NCBI GenBank assembly: GCA_043228905.1
Contig: JBHGNT010000021.1
Span: forward strand, 13,020,001-13,084,000
Direction: 5' to 3'
Source: Azolla caroliniana
Taxonomy: Eukaryota > Plantae > Polypodiophyta
DNA length: 64,000 nucleotides
Shown: positions 11,280 through 24,226 of the stretch, piece after piece
Layout of the letters: each line of letters begins with the position of its first letter
How positions within the stretch are numbered: position 1 is the first letter of the stretch
Translations under genes and position numbers: made by a program
The notes under the pieces: model-generated
Seen by the model: the letters and a program-made list of their open reading frames with translations, nothing else
Databases searched by the model: none
What the model was told of the DNA's origin: nothing

Positions 11280-14200
11280 TGACGGGAACTAAAATGCTCC
11301 TTATGCGCAATACTCGGCCACAACCGAGTTAGAATCATACACAGAAAAAAAACGGTGAAAGAATGCACGACACAAAGAAGAGAAGAGTACACAGGATGTT
11401 TACGTGGAAAACCCAAACTAAGGGAAAAACCACGACAGCCCATGGGTTGCAAACTATCACTATGTTAGAATGTACAACAGTGAGTTCACGGAGGCAACGA
11501 CCTCGTGCTCACGATCTTCGCCACAGGCGGCGGTTACAACAGAGGCAACGACCTCTTCCTCTCTCTCACTAACATTGTACACAGTTACGCGCTCTGATCT
11601 TATACGCACAAGAACAACAACAACACTCTACATACACAATAAGTTTGCCCTAAGTCATATTTATACTAATATGACTTTTCGGCTATTTACAAATATAGCC
11701 TCGATGGACTCTCAGAAACATATTTACGAATATGTCTCTTCATCCGGTGAGCACTCCTCACCGGGCCTGCATCATCCGGCGCTTGCCGGGTACTAACCAT
11801 CCGGTTCTCACCGGGTCTGCACCATCCGGCTCTCCGTAGCCAGGTACTCGTCATCCGGTTCTCACTGGGTTTGCACCATCTGGCTCTCCGTAGCCAGGTA
11901 CTCGTCATCTGGTTCTCACTGGGTCTGCACCATCCGGCTCTCCGTAGCCAGGTACTCGTCATCCGGTTTTGGCCTCGGCCTAGTTTGCTCATTAGCACTG
12001 TTCTTCTCTCTTCCCATCCGGAGGGACCTGTCTCCCAACAAACTCCCCCGTCACTCCGGCATGGGGTGTCTTACTAGTCCGATCTGCTTCCGGCATGCAT
12101 CCAGCTTATCGGGTATCAACACTTTGGTCAGCATATCTGACCCGTTATCGGCCGTGTGGATCTTCGTCAACGCGAAGTCCTGGTCATCTACTCTTTCCCG
12201 GATCTAGTGATACCTTCGTTGGATATGCTTCGTCCGGGAATGGTAGGCCGCATTCTTAGCAAGGTGGATGGCACTTTGAGTGTCGCAGTAGAGCCGGTAT
12301 TCATCTTGCCTGATACCGAGCTCTCCGATGAAGTCCTTCATCCATAATATTTCTTTGCCGGCTTCCACAATCGCCATGTACTCCGCCTCCGTGGTTGATA
12401 GCACAACCGTCTTTTGCAGCCTCGATTGCCACGAAATAGCTCCCCTTGCATATGTCATTACATACCCGGATGTAGACCGGCTGGTATCCACATCAACCGA
12501 CATGTCCGAATCGGTAAAACCGTCAAGTTGAGGTTTTCCTGAGCCGAATCGGAGACACATATGCGAAGTGCCCTTCAAGTACCGGAGTATCCATTTGACT
12601 GCGTTCCAGTGCTCCTTGTCGGGATTGCTCATGAACTGGCTCACCACTCCGACTGCGTATCCTATATCCGGTCGGGTACATACCATTGCGTACATTAAGC
12701 TCCCGACGGCAGAGGCATATGGAATCTTCATCATATCCGCCTTCTCTGCTTTCGTCTTCGGGCTTTGCTTACCGGAAGTGTCAATCTGACCGGTTTCGCA
12801 TCTGACATGTTGAACTGGTGAAGCACCTTTGTCACGTACTTCTCCTGTGACAACCATAATTGCTTCACTGATCGGTTCCGGATAATATGCATCCCCAACA
12901 TCTGTCTTGCCGGACCCAAGTCTTTCATTGAGAAGGTCCGGTTGAGAGCCTTCTTCAGCATCCGTATTTTGACTTGGTCCCGTTCGACGATCAACATGTC
13001 ATCCACGTACAGAAGGAGTATCAGGAAGTCGCCTCCAAACTTCTTCACAAACACGCAGTCATGTGGTACTCTTGATCGGTCATGAAGGAGTCGAACTTCC
13101 GGTACCATTGTCGGGGAGCCTGCTTCAGTCCGTACAGGCTCTTCTTCAACCGGCATACCAGGTGCTCCTTCCCTTTCTCCATGAATCCTTTCGGTTGCTG
13201 CATGTAGATCTCCTCTTCGGGGTCACCGTGAAGGAATGCCGTCTTCACGTCTAGCTGCTCTACCTCGAGGTCCATGCTTGCTGCTATACTCAGGACTGTC
13301 CGGATGGAGGTCATCTTTACTATCGGGGCAAATATCTCGTTGAAGTCCACGCCCTTCTTCTGCTGGAACCCCTTCACCACGATCCTGGCTTTGTATCTTG
13401 GGGGGTTGCCGACATCTCCCGGTTTCAACTTGTACACCCACTTATTTCGGAGTGCCCGCTTTCCTTTCGGCAACTCCACCAATTCGTACGTATGGTTCTC
13501 ATGCAGGGAATCCATCTCGTCCTGCATGGCACTTAACCATTTGTGGCTGTGGGTGTCATCCTTCACTTCTTCGAAGCTTTCTGGCTCCCCCTCATCGGTT
13601 AGCAGTACATGCTCTGCATCTGGAAATCTCCGGGGGGCCCTTCTCTCTCTGAGAGGATATCTCCGTCTTTGGGCTTCGGGCTTCGGTAACCGGCTCCTCC
13701 ATTTGCTCTTCATCCGAATCCGATTCGGGGTCTTGGCCGGTTTCGGTTTCAGCTTCCTCTACTTCTTCTTCTGCCGGTTCGGTATCCTCACCATAACCGG
13801 TTGGTTCCTCGAGTGCTAATCGGTCTCTTGCTGGTTGGGTCTGCTCATCGTAGAATCGATCCTTATCGGTCGACTCGGAGTTCATTATCTTCTTCTCCGA
13901 CTCCCAGTCGGCGAGCGTCTTGTCCTCCATGAAGATAATATCTTGACTCCGAAATACCTTCTTGTCGACCAGGTCCCACACTCGGTAGACGAACTCATCG
14001 TTGCCGTAACCGAGGAATATGCATGGCCGGGTCTTTGGATCCAACTTTCCTCTCCGGTCCTTAGCTACATCACGTACGCGAGACACCCGAATACCTTCAG
14101 ATGCCGGTAGGACACTTCCTTACCGGTCTAGACTCTCTATGGCGTGTCTCCGTCCAAGGGTACTGAGGGTTATTTGTTTATCACATATGTCGCCGTCGAT

Positions 14201-16898
14201 AGTGCCTTAGCCCAAAACTTCTTGGGTAGTTTTGCATGCGCTAGCATACTCCGGACCCTCTCCATTATGGTCCGGTTCATCCTCTCGGCCAGCCTGTTTA
14301 GTTTCGGCGTCTTCGGCACGGTAAATTCGAGCCGGATTCCCTTCGAGCGACAATACTCCTCGAACTGCCCCCGGTATTCACCTCCGTTATCTGCTCGCAC
14401 CGCCTTCAGCTTCCGGCCGGTTTCTCTTTCCACTCTCGCGTGGAGCTCTTTGAAGACGGATAACACCTGATCCTTCGTCTTCAACGGTGTGGTCCACAGC
14501 TTCCGGCTGTGGTCATCTATGAACGTTACGAAGTACTGCGATCATGCATGTGACTTCGTGTCCACTTGACACACATCAGTATGCACCAACTCCAATGGTG
14601 CATTACGTCTCATCGGTGGCCTTGATCGGAAGGAGGTCCGGTTTTGCTTTCCGGCCAGACAATCAGTGCACTTCTCCAAGTGCATGTTCTTTACTGGAAT
14701 GAGGTTGTCGTTTGCAAGCCTCTTCATCCCCTTCTCGCTCATGTGACACAGCCTTTTGTGCCACAACTCACCGGTAGTGTCGGATGCCACGTTCACTTCC
14801 TCCGGACATAACCGGGCAGAGTGTTGACCATCCGGGCCCGAGCCACAATCAGGCTCCCTTTGCTGAACTTCATGACACCGTTCCGAATGCTACCGGTGTA
14901 GCCTTCATCGTCTAGCCGACCGGTTGATATCAGGTTCAGACGAACCTCCAGAACGTGTCGGACATCCTTCAGCAGTAGCTTGCATCCGGTTGGTGTTGTC
15001 AGCCACACGTCTCCTATGCCGACAATTCGGCATGTACCTTCATTCCCCATCCGGACATAGCCGTGATCACTGGCTGAGTAGGATGAGAAGCATTTCCGGT
15101 CCGGGGTAAGGTGGAACGACGCTCCGGAGTCTACCACCCAGGTCATCTCGTCACCGGCAAGGTTTATCTCACTCTCCTCGGTGATGAGCATCAACTTTTC
15201 TTCACTTGCCACGATTGCCGTCGTTCCCTTCTGGTCCGTTCCCCTCCGGTCTTTACCGTTCCGGTCCGGTATCCGCTTCGAATCGGTACCGTCGGTTTCC
15301 TTGTCCTTTTGGAAATGCCGACAGTTCTTCTGGAAGTGTCCTGGCTTGCCGCAATAGAAGCAAGTAGGCCTCCCCCTTGACTTTGACCGTGTCCCCGACT
15401 TTTCCCGGTTCTAGGGACTACAGTTTCTTTGTCTTCCGCGTTCCGATTCGGTAAGGAGCGCTTTGGAGTCGAAGCTCGTATCCTTATCTTTCCGACGTGC
15501 CTCCTCATCTAGCAAGCTCAACTTCACTCTTGCTAGGGATAACCATTTCCCTTCCGGTCCGGCGTTGCCCAAAGTAACAACCAACGTCTCCCAGCTATCC
15601 GGTAGGGAACCGAGCAGGAGTAGCGCTAGTACCTCATCGGCGAGAGGTACTTCCAATCATGTTGCCTGATGGATCAGCCCCTGGAAGGCATTCATGTGCT
15701 CTGCCATGTTGGAGCCGTCTTGGTACCGGAGTCTTACTAGCTTCCGGAATACCGAAACCTGATTAACAACATTTTTGTTTTGAAACATAATGCCGATCTT
15801 CTCCCAGAGCTCATGAGCCTTGCTCTCTTCATTGAAGTTGTTGTATAGGCTCATGTCGATGAAGCACCGTATGTACGCCGTTGTCTTCATGTGCATCACC
15901 TCCCATATCGCGGCGTTGATTTTGTCTGGTCTCTTGTCCCCGAACTGAACTGGCAGCCAGAGGTCTTTAACCACGAGCATGTCCCTCATCTTCGACTTAC
16001 ACACCGAATAGTTGGAGCCGGTGAGCTTGAACATGCCTCCCAACGAATCGTCCATTTTCTGTGTCATTTCACTCTGATACCACTTGACGGGAACTAAAAC
16101 GCTCCTTATGCGCAACGCTCGGCCACAACCGAGCTTAGAATCATACACAGAAAAAAAACGGTGAAAGAATGCACGACACGAAGAAGAGAAGAGTACACAG
16201 GATGTTTACGTGGAAAACCCAAACTAAGGGAAAAACCACGGCAGCCCACGGGCTGCAAACTATCACTATGTTAGAATGTACAACAGTGAGTTCACGGAGG
16301 CAATGACCTCGTGCTCACGATCTTCGCCACAGGCGGCGGTTACAACAGAGGCAACGACCTCTTCCTCTCTCTCACTCACACTGTACACAGTTACGCGCTC
16401 TGATCTTATACGCACAAGAACAACAACAACACACTACATACACAATAAGTTTGCCCTAAGTCATATTTATACTAATATGACTTTTTGGCTATTTACAAAT
16501 ATAGCCTTGATGAACTCTCAGAAACATATTTACGAATATGTCTCTTCATCCGGTGAGCACTCCTCACTGGGCCTGCATCATCCGGCGCTTGCCGGGTACT
16601 AGCCATCCGGTTCTCACCGGGTCTGCACCATCCGGCTCTCCGTAGCCGGGTTCTCCTCATCCGGTTCTCATCGGGTCTGCACCATCCGGCTCTCCGTAGC
16701 CAGGTACTCCTCATCCGGTTCTCACCGGGTCTGCACCATCTGGCTCTCCGTACCCAAGTACTCCTCATCCGGTTCTCACCGGGTTTGCACCATCCGGCTC
16801 TCCGTAGCCAGGTACTCCTCATCCGGTTTCGGCCGAGGGACCTGTCTCCCAACAACTGTTCTTCTCTCTTCCCATCCGGAGGGACCTGTCTCCCAACA
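11280..16898 (-). mobile_element. Full-length Ty1/copia element (Tnt1/Tork-like), decayed ORF
   Basis: LTRs 16085-16898 and 11280-12040, 5-bp TSD ACTTC (11275-11279 and 16899-16903). iMet PBS TGGTATCAGAG at about 16072-16082, PPT GGGGGAG. Motifs WVVDSGAS, LWHKRLCH, ADNGGEY, QLDVKTAFLHG, LLYVDDML, YCDTQSAI. Confidence 0.97.
16604..16832. repeat. 51-bp CCGG-rich tandem repeat in the Copia LTR U3 (also about 11798-11972)
   Basis: Unit CATCCGGTTCTCACCGGGTCTGCACCATCCGGCTCTCCGTAGCCAGGTACTC(C/G)T. The 5' LTR has one more unit than the 3' LTR. Confidence 0.92.
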
Positions 16899-18945
16899 AC
16901 TTCTTCGTCATCCGAAACCATGCCGTCTTCGTCGTTGAATCTTGCCCTCGAAAGCATGTCGGCCATGGCGTTGTCCTTCCCGGAGATGTGCCGTATCTCC
17001 GGGTTCATGGACTTAATGTACGCTATCCACCGGAGCATTCCTAGGTCCGGTGTCACGTATCTGGAAATCATGCCGAGTATCGGTAGGCTGTTCGTCTCGA
17101 TGATCACCTCCGTCCCGATGAGATAATCCTTGTCGGCCTTGACTGCCGAAACGACACCCCAAAGCTCGCGCTTAACTTGGGCGTATCCTCGCTGCCCCTT
17201 GCTCAATACCTTTGTCCCGAACCGGATCGGGAATCGTACGCCGTCCTTGTCCTCCTCACTGATTACCCACCCGATCCCGGTCGGGCTGGTGTCCACCATC
17301 ACGCAGATGGGAACATCCTTGCCGTAAAGCGCTTTACGGAGAGCCAGCGCTACCGTAGACGCCTCCTTTATTCTCTGTACTGACTCCGTGTGCTCTGTTC
17401 TCCACTCAAAGCTACGCCCCTTTTTCAATAGTCCGTAGAGGGGTTCCGCGACATGTGCATAGTGCGGGATCCAGATGTGGTAGAACGCGCATGCTCCCAA
17501 GAATCTTTGGACCTCCGTGACCGAATTGCAGTCATGCTTCATCATGGAGATGGCTTCCACCTTGGCCGGAGATGGTTTTTGACCGTATGGTCCGCATAGG
17601 TGCCTGACGACCATGATCTCTGATTGCCCGAAGGCCGACTTTTCCCCGGAGAAGGTGAGCCTCGCGCTTTCTAGTCTCTATAGCACCTTCTCGCAGTCAT
17701 CGATGTGGGACGCCATGAAATTCCGACATCCGTCCAGCCCGATTGCCTCGTTCTTTTTCTACACCGGGCATCCCCTGAACGGGATGTTGACTAAGAATGG
17801 CATGGTGATGTCCGGGATACAATCCCTGAGCACTTTGTTCATCGCATTCACCATGTGAGCCACTGAGTTCATCGCATTCCCTCCTTGTGACAGGGTACAC
17901 ATCCGTACTAGGCCAAGAGGAGTCTGCATCGTCGTAATGTCTCTGCTCTCCACGACTAGTTGGAATTGATCGTACCCTGAGTACAGATCACTGACAAAAT
18001 AGATCAACCTTCCAGCGAAGGCCTCCGCGAACTCGTCTATGGTCGGTCCGATTCCTGCATTATGGATGGTCACCTTGTTGACCGGTTGCAGGTCCTGAAT
18101 GAAGCGCATCGTGTCGTTCTTCTTCGCCACCGTAAACCACCGATTTGAATACGGGGCACTCGACGGTTCAAGGATGCCCATCTCCAACTTTTGCTTCAGG
18201 AGCTCCATCAACTTCGGGATGTGAGCTCTCGGCACCAGAATCGGCTTGAGATTCCACGGTACATGCGGTACCGTGAAGATCACCATTGGTTCGACAATTG
18301 TCGGGTCTACCTCCGGTGAGAATGCGAAAGCCTTCCCGTGCCTCCCGAGCATTCTCCGAAACCGGTCCTCCTCCGCCGGCAGTAGAAAGCAGCCCCCACC
18401 GACCTTGAGCTCCTGTAGCGTTATGTCGGTGAACCGATGCCCTATGCCAGCCGGATTCCATAAACATGGGTCCAACACGACCCCTTTTATCCGCTCCTCG
18501 CTGCCCTCTGGCAAGGGTGCCGCGACTGGCCTCACCTTCCGGTCCACAGTCTTGTACTTTGTATCCACACGGGCCATCCGATCCGACCCGATCCTTTCCC
18601 CGAAGTCCGCGATGACTTCGTACATTCCCATTGACCCTACCGGAACAGTCCGGTCTTCTCTAGGGTCTTCACCGATCACCTTTCGCAGTTCGCCCAAGGT
18701 GTCGGCAAAAGAAACCGCCTCCACGGCGCCGCTGATGTCTTCATCGGGGAAGAGGACTCTGCATCCCCTGAGCCGCTCCTCCGCTCGCTTCCTCTCCCGG
18801 CCGCTGACGCTGGTTATAGTACAACCTCCGTTGTCGGAGAACCAAAATTTCCTACCTATGGTACAGGTCTTCTTCCGTACTGTACATTTGTGGGGTTCTT
18901 CCCGGGTGTCCGGACTATCGCAACCCCACGGCTTGATAGCCCTCT

Positions 18946-21312
18946 CTAAAAATCCCCTCAGGTTTCGCCGCCGAGGGCCTCGTGGTTACGCTCGTGGTTT
19001 TGTCGCACTGTTAGGAACAGGACCGAGTGATGCCTGTCCTGGCTCTTGACTCTTGCATAAGCTGAACCGTTATCCCACACCTTGGTCTTCATCCGTGCCG
19101 TCGTGATATATGACTCTCCTAGTATAACCAGATGCGAGGACGTCTCCTGCACGAAGAAGTGTTGGTCGATCTCGACATCGCCGATTTTCACCCGTACGTT
19201 CGGACAGGCCCCATGTAGTTCTTCCGTGGCGCGCATCACTGCCCGTATCTTCCAGCCGTGCTTGGTGTTGATCGGCCATTTACCCTTCTTGTAGAAATCC
19301 ATGGACATTAGGTTGATTTCGGATCCATGGTCTACCAACGCCACCACCGGTTCCAGAACCGGATGCGAGGACGTCTCTTGCACGAAGAAGTGTTGGTCGA
19401 TCTCGACATCGCCGATTTTCACCCGTACGTTCGGACAGGCCCCATGTAGTTCTTCCGTGGCGCGCGTCACTGCCCGTATCTTCCAGCCGTGCTTGGTGTT
19501 GATCGGCCATTTACCCTTCTTGTAGAAATCCATGGACATTAGGTTGATTTCGGATCCATGGTCTACCAACGCCACCACCGGTTCTAGAACGTTGCGGATC
19601 CGTATAGGGGTTTCCGTAGTTGCCATGGCCCAATGTGGCTTCGTGTAGTGGCTTCCCGCCAGCTCGTCTTCCAGGGCTTCGTCTTCCAGGTGTGTGGTCC
19701 GCACCTCCACCGGCTTCTCCGGTTCCGGCTCCGTCAAGAGCCTCTTCCGCTTCACCAAGTCTACGATAGAGTCATGGAACTCCCTCTTGGCGATTCCTAG
19801 CACCTCCCGCAATGACAACTCCACTTGGTTGTCGAGGATACGTTCCTCCAGGACCTTTCGCAGGTCTGTGGTCCTTTCGATCTCGGTGCTCAACCGAAAC
19901 CCCGCCTGCTTCTTTCCGTCCGGCACGCCCGGGTTGCCGGCACCGGTCGGTTTCGGTCCGAACTGGGTCTCATACCTCTGTGGGGGGCCGACCCCTCCGG
20001 CCTTTCCTGCTCGTTTGTCCTCCACCAGAACCTCGTAGTTCTGGCAAGCGGCTTCTACGAAGCCCGTTTTCTCTTCGACTAGATCGTCCCAACCGGTGAC
20101 CGCCTCGACCCGCTGTTCCGCGCGGTCCGCCTCTTCCTTCTTCAGCCGAACTCTGGAGAGGCCTTCTAGCACTAGCGGACAGAATTCGGAGTCCTTCGCC
20201 TTCCGAGTATCATCACCCCGGACCCGAATCCCCGCTGACACCGAGTAGTTGACGGCTTCGACGTGCCGTGCCGCGGCCTCTTCCATCAACCTCTTCATTC
20301 CGCCGCGCCCCATATTCAGTTCTAGGGCTCTCCGGGTCTCGCTCGCGTGCACCCGCCCGTTCCAGAGGTACACCACGTTGGTCCTGAGCGCGTCGGCGAA
20401 ATCTGCGCAATCCTTCCGAATGTGACCGATCGCGTTACACCACATGCACCGTTGCCCAGCCGGCGGCCTCCGGTCGCGAGGTTGTTCGCCGCTATCTCTC
20501 CGGGCCTGTGCGATCTGCAGGTTGCGCAACATCTGTGTCAGCTCCTCTAGAGCCGCTCCTCCGGATGGGCCTCTAACCACGTCATTCGATGCCGACCCCG
20601 ACACTGGCCAGATTCGGGTCTCTTCCTTCCTATCGGCCGGCACCGATACCGGCTCCTCGAGCCTCCTCCCCGGGACCGGCCTCGGCCCCGACGAGCTTCC
20701 GTCGCTCCAATCGCGCCGTTTGTCGAAACGGCTGTAGACCCGTTTTACCACGGCCCAGTCTGCCGTGAGCCCTTCGTCGGTTTCCAATAGGGGACCTACC
20801 TTTTCCCTGTCGAGCGTGTCCACCGACTTGACAAACAATAGTACTCGACTTGTTTCGAGCACCGTCCCGTCCAGCGTTGATAGCCGCGCGAACCGTTTTT
20901 CGAACTCCTGGAGGAGCACGGACGTGTTCCTCCCCTTTCCGGGGCTTTCCACCCACACCATGAAGTCCCGCCTCGACAGCCGAAGCGAGTCGTCAAACCC
21001 GTACTTGTCGAGGAGCTGCAGCTCGAACTCCTCCCAAGTCTGGCTCCCGGCCAACACCTCGAGCACCTCCGCGTGGATGCCCGGCGTCACCACCCGAGGG
21101 AATCTGGACAGCCGCCTGCCCACCGGGATATCCCTCATGATCATTTCGGCCCGGTAAGCCTCCAAATAACTTGTGGCGTCTTTCCCTCCGAAACGGCCTA
21201 TAGAGCCGACGATCGATTCAATGGCTTTGTTGAGGGTACCCGTCCCCTCACGAGCGCTCACCAGCCGGTCAACGGCCACCGCCATTGCCTCTGCTAGCTC
21301 CGATCCTCTCAT
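18946..21312 (-). CDS. Gag-protease of element B (CCHC knuckle, duplicated protease core, premature stop four codons before the family stop)
   Basis: 784-aa ORF with CMWCNAIGHIRKDC and ALVDHGSEIN present twice. Collinear with the element C ORF. Confidence 0.9.
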
Positions 21313-22099
21313 CTTTCGACTCCTTTGCCGCCCCGTTCACGTGGGGTTTACCAAAGATGTCGCGTTGTTACGCTGTCGTGAAGAAAACCGTCCAAAGGTG
21401 GAATTGGGGCACCAAGGCGTGGGAACCGGTTCTTCACGCACGTGCGCGCCAAGTTGTACATAGAGGCGAATTAGGTACCTAGGAGGATCGAAGTGGTTAG
21501 ATACGGTAGGTGCGAATTTAATGCCGAACGGCTCCTTCTTGACCGATAAAAGGAGGAGGACGGGGAGGAACAGGGGATCGCGCGGAGAGGACGAAGTGCT
21601 GTCGGACCGATTCTGGACGCTTCTCTCTCTGTTCTCCTTCCCTTTTTCTCCATAGCTTTTCGTGTGCAGGTTTTCGGGGAGGCTCGCGCTGTTTTGAGGA
21701 ACGCCCGAGTGCTTCCGGCAGCACCTCCGACCTGCTCCCTTTTGTGCGACGCAGCGAATAGGCATCGGCATCTGTTCGCCGGCCTGTTCGGTTGTAACCA
21801 TCCTGTGCCCCATCGCGGGTTGTAGCTTCTTGATAAGATATTTGCCCATACATATATATATATATATATATATTCGTTTGTTTGCGTCTACCTGTGTCGG
21901 CGTCTATTCGCGTTTTCTGTGTTGAAGGGCCGTGTCCCCGTGTATCCCCGGTCCTGCGTAACCGGTCCTCTCTCTTTCTCCGCCCTCGCTTGCTCTTCGG
22001 TTCAAGACCCCCGCGGTCCCGCCTCGTTTCTATACGCACTTGCGTAATATCGCGACATCTTGGTGAACCGACGTGAAAGAGGCGGCAGAAGAGCAGGAA

Positions 22100-24226
22100 A
22101 TGAGGGGATCGGATCTTGCAGAGGCCATGGCTTCGGCCGTTGACCGGTTAGTAAACGCACGCGAGGGCTCCGGCGCCCTCGACAGAGCCATTGAGGCGGT
22201 CGTCGGTACAATCGGCCGATTCAGCCGAAAGGATGCCACGAAGTACTTGGCGTCCTACGGTGCAGAGATGCTGATGCGGGACATTCCGGAAGAATGGCGT
22301 CTTGCCGGATTTCCTCGAGTGGCGATGCGGAGCATCCATGCGGAGGTGCTCGAGGTGCGGGCGGAGAGCCGTACCTGGGAGGAGTTCGAAGGTCGGCTCC
22401 TAGAGAAATACGGGCTGGACGACGCGCTCCGGCTTTCGAAACGAAGCTTCATGGAATGGGTGGAGTCCCCCGGGAAGGGAAGAAACGCGTCGGCACTCCT
22501 CCGGGAGTTTGAGGAAAACTTTGCACGCCTTTCGACGCTTGACCGAACGATCCTGGATACAAGCCGGGTCCTACTGTTCGTCAAGTCGGTGGACGAGCGG
22601 GATCGGGATCACGTGGGCGCCCTGCTGGAAACCGAAGACGGGCTGACGACCGACTGGGCGGCGGTTAAGAGAGCCTGCGGCCGTTTCGACAAACGGCGAG
22701 AATGGGCAGATAACGGGGCGACCGGGTCGGGCTCGGGCGCAGCAAGGAAGCTTGAACCGGCGCAGCCGGTGCGAAAAGGAGAGACCTGGGAGTGGCTGGA
22801 AACCGGTTCAGCTTTGACTGGCGTGGTCAGAGGCTCGACCGGAGGAGCTGCGCTGGAGGAATTGACGAGGGCGATAAAGGACCTCCAAATTGCACAAGCC
22901 CGCAGGGAAGGCGGCGAACCGGCTCGCGACCGATGGCCGGCAGCGGGAAACAGATGCATGTGGTGCGACGAGGTCGGCCACATTCGGAAGGACTGCGTCG
23001 ATTTCGCAGAGGCGCTAAAGAACCGGGTAGTGTACCTGTGGGAAGGCCGGGTGCATGCCAGCGACACCAGAAGGGCCCTAAACCGAAACGACGGGCAAGG
23101 AGGAATGAAGAGACTGATGGAAGAGGCGGCGGCCCGACATGCGGAAACCGTCCACTACTCGGCGTCGGCCGGCATTCGGGTCAGGGGCAGCGAGGCCCGA
23201 AAGGAAAGCAAAGCCGGGTTCTGGTCGGCGATGCTGGAAGGCCTCGCCGGTATGCGGCTGAAAGGGGACGAAGCGGACCGCGCGGAGAAACGGGTCCGGG
23301 AGATAACCGGGTGGAGCGACCCGGTCGAGGAAAAGACGGGCTTCGTGGAAGCTGCCTGCCAGAACTACGAGGCTCTGGTAGAAGAGAAGCGGGTGGGGAA
23401 AACCGGAACGACCGGGCCCTCACAACGATACGAGACCCGGTTCGGGCAACGACGGAACGAGGCCGGCGGGTCCAGTGCGCAAGATAACCCCAGGAAGGGC
23501 GGATACCGACTGGGGACGGAAATAGAGAGGACCACGGACCTGCGGAAGGTCCTAGAAGAACGGATCCTCGACAGCAAGGTGGAGCTATCATTACGGGAAG
23601 TGCTAGGAATCGCCAGGAAGGAGTTCCACGACTCCATTGTGGACTTGGTGAAGCGGAAGAGGCTGTCAACGGAGGTAGAACCGGAAAGACCGGTAGAGGT
23701 GCGGACGACGCACCTAGACGACATGTCGCTGGAAGATGAGTGGGCGGAGAGCCACTATTCGAGGCCACACTGGGCCCGAGCGACCACGGAAACCCCGGTG
23801 AAGATCGGAGGTGTCCAGGAACCGGTGGTAGCTTTGGTGGACCACGGTTCAGAGATCAACCTAATGTCCATGGACTTCTACAAGAAGGGCAAATGGCCGA
23901 TCAACACCAAGCACGGGTGGAAGATACGGGCGGCGACGCGCGCCACCGAGGAACTGCACGGGGCCTGCCCGAACGTACGGGTCAAGATCGGCGACGTCGA
24001 GATTGACCAGCACTTCTTCGTACAGGAGACGTCCTCGCATCCGGTAATATTGGGAGAGCCGTACATCACGGCGGCGCGAATGGAGACCAAGGTGCTGAAT
24101 AACGGTTCGGCCTATGCAAGGGTCAAAAGCCAGGACGGGCGCCGTTCGGTCCAGTTTCTGACGGTACGGCCGAACCACGAACGTAACCGCGACTCCCTCG
24201 GTTCCGAAAACCGAGAGGATTTTTAG
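22100..24226 (+). CDS. Gag-protease of element C
   Basis: Intact ORF from ATG 22100 with CMWCDEVGHIRKDC knuckle, ALVDHGSEIN and VILGEPY protease motifs. Confidence 0.93.
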   Translation: MRGSDLAEAMASAVDRLVNAREGSGALDRAIEAVVGTIGRFSRKDATKYLASYGAEMLMRDIPEEWRLAGFPRVAMRSIHAEVLEVRAESRTWEEFEGRLLEKYGLDDALRLSKRSFMEWVESPGKGRNASALLREFEENFARLSTLDRTILDTSRVLLFVKSVDERDRDHVGALLETEDGLTTDWAAVKRACGRFDKRREWADNGATGSGSGAARKLEPAQPVRKGETWEWLETGSALTGVVRGSTGGAALEELTRAIKDLQIAQARREGGEPARDRWPAAGNRCMWCDEVGHIRKDCVDFAEALKNRVVYLWEGRVHASDTRRALNRNDGQGGMKRLMEEAAARHAETVHYSASAGIRVRGSEARKESKAGFWSAMLEGLAGMRLKGDEADRAEKRVREITGWSDPVEEKTGFVEAACQNYEALVEEKRVGKTGTTGPSQRYETRFGQRRNEAGGSSAQDNPRKGGYRLGTEIERTTDLRKVLEERILDSKVELSLREVLGIARKEFHDSIVDLVKRKRLSTEVEPERPVEVRTTHLDDMSLEDEWAESHYSRPHWARATTETPVKIGGVQEPVVALVDHGSEINLMSMDFYKKGKWPINTKHGWKIRAATRATEELHGACPNVRVKIGDVEIDQHFFVQETSSHPVILGEPYITAARMETKVLNNGSAYARVKSQDGRRSVQFLTVRPNHERNRDSLGSENREDF

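Larger units (their letters stand above)
9839..18955 (-). pseudogene. pol of element B (RT, RNase H, integrase), split by a Copia at 11280-16898
   Basis: KYKTVDRKVRPV, DLYSGYDQF, degenerate FLVN at the YxDD position, VDTSPTGIG, MVDLV, WFGP. Several frameshifts. Confidence 0.92.

Noticed and set aside
16493-17614. ORF fusing RNase H to STWLRRAGWCRPGENRM repeats
   Set aside because: Chance read-through from B pol into the Copia LTR 51-bp repeat.
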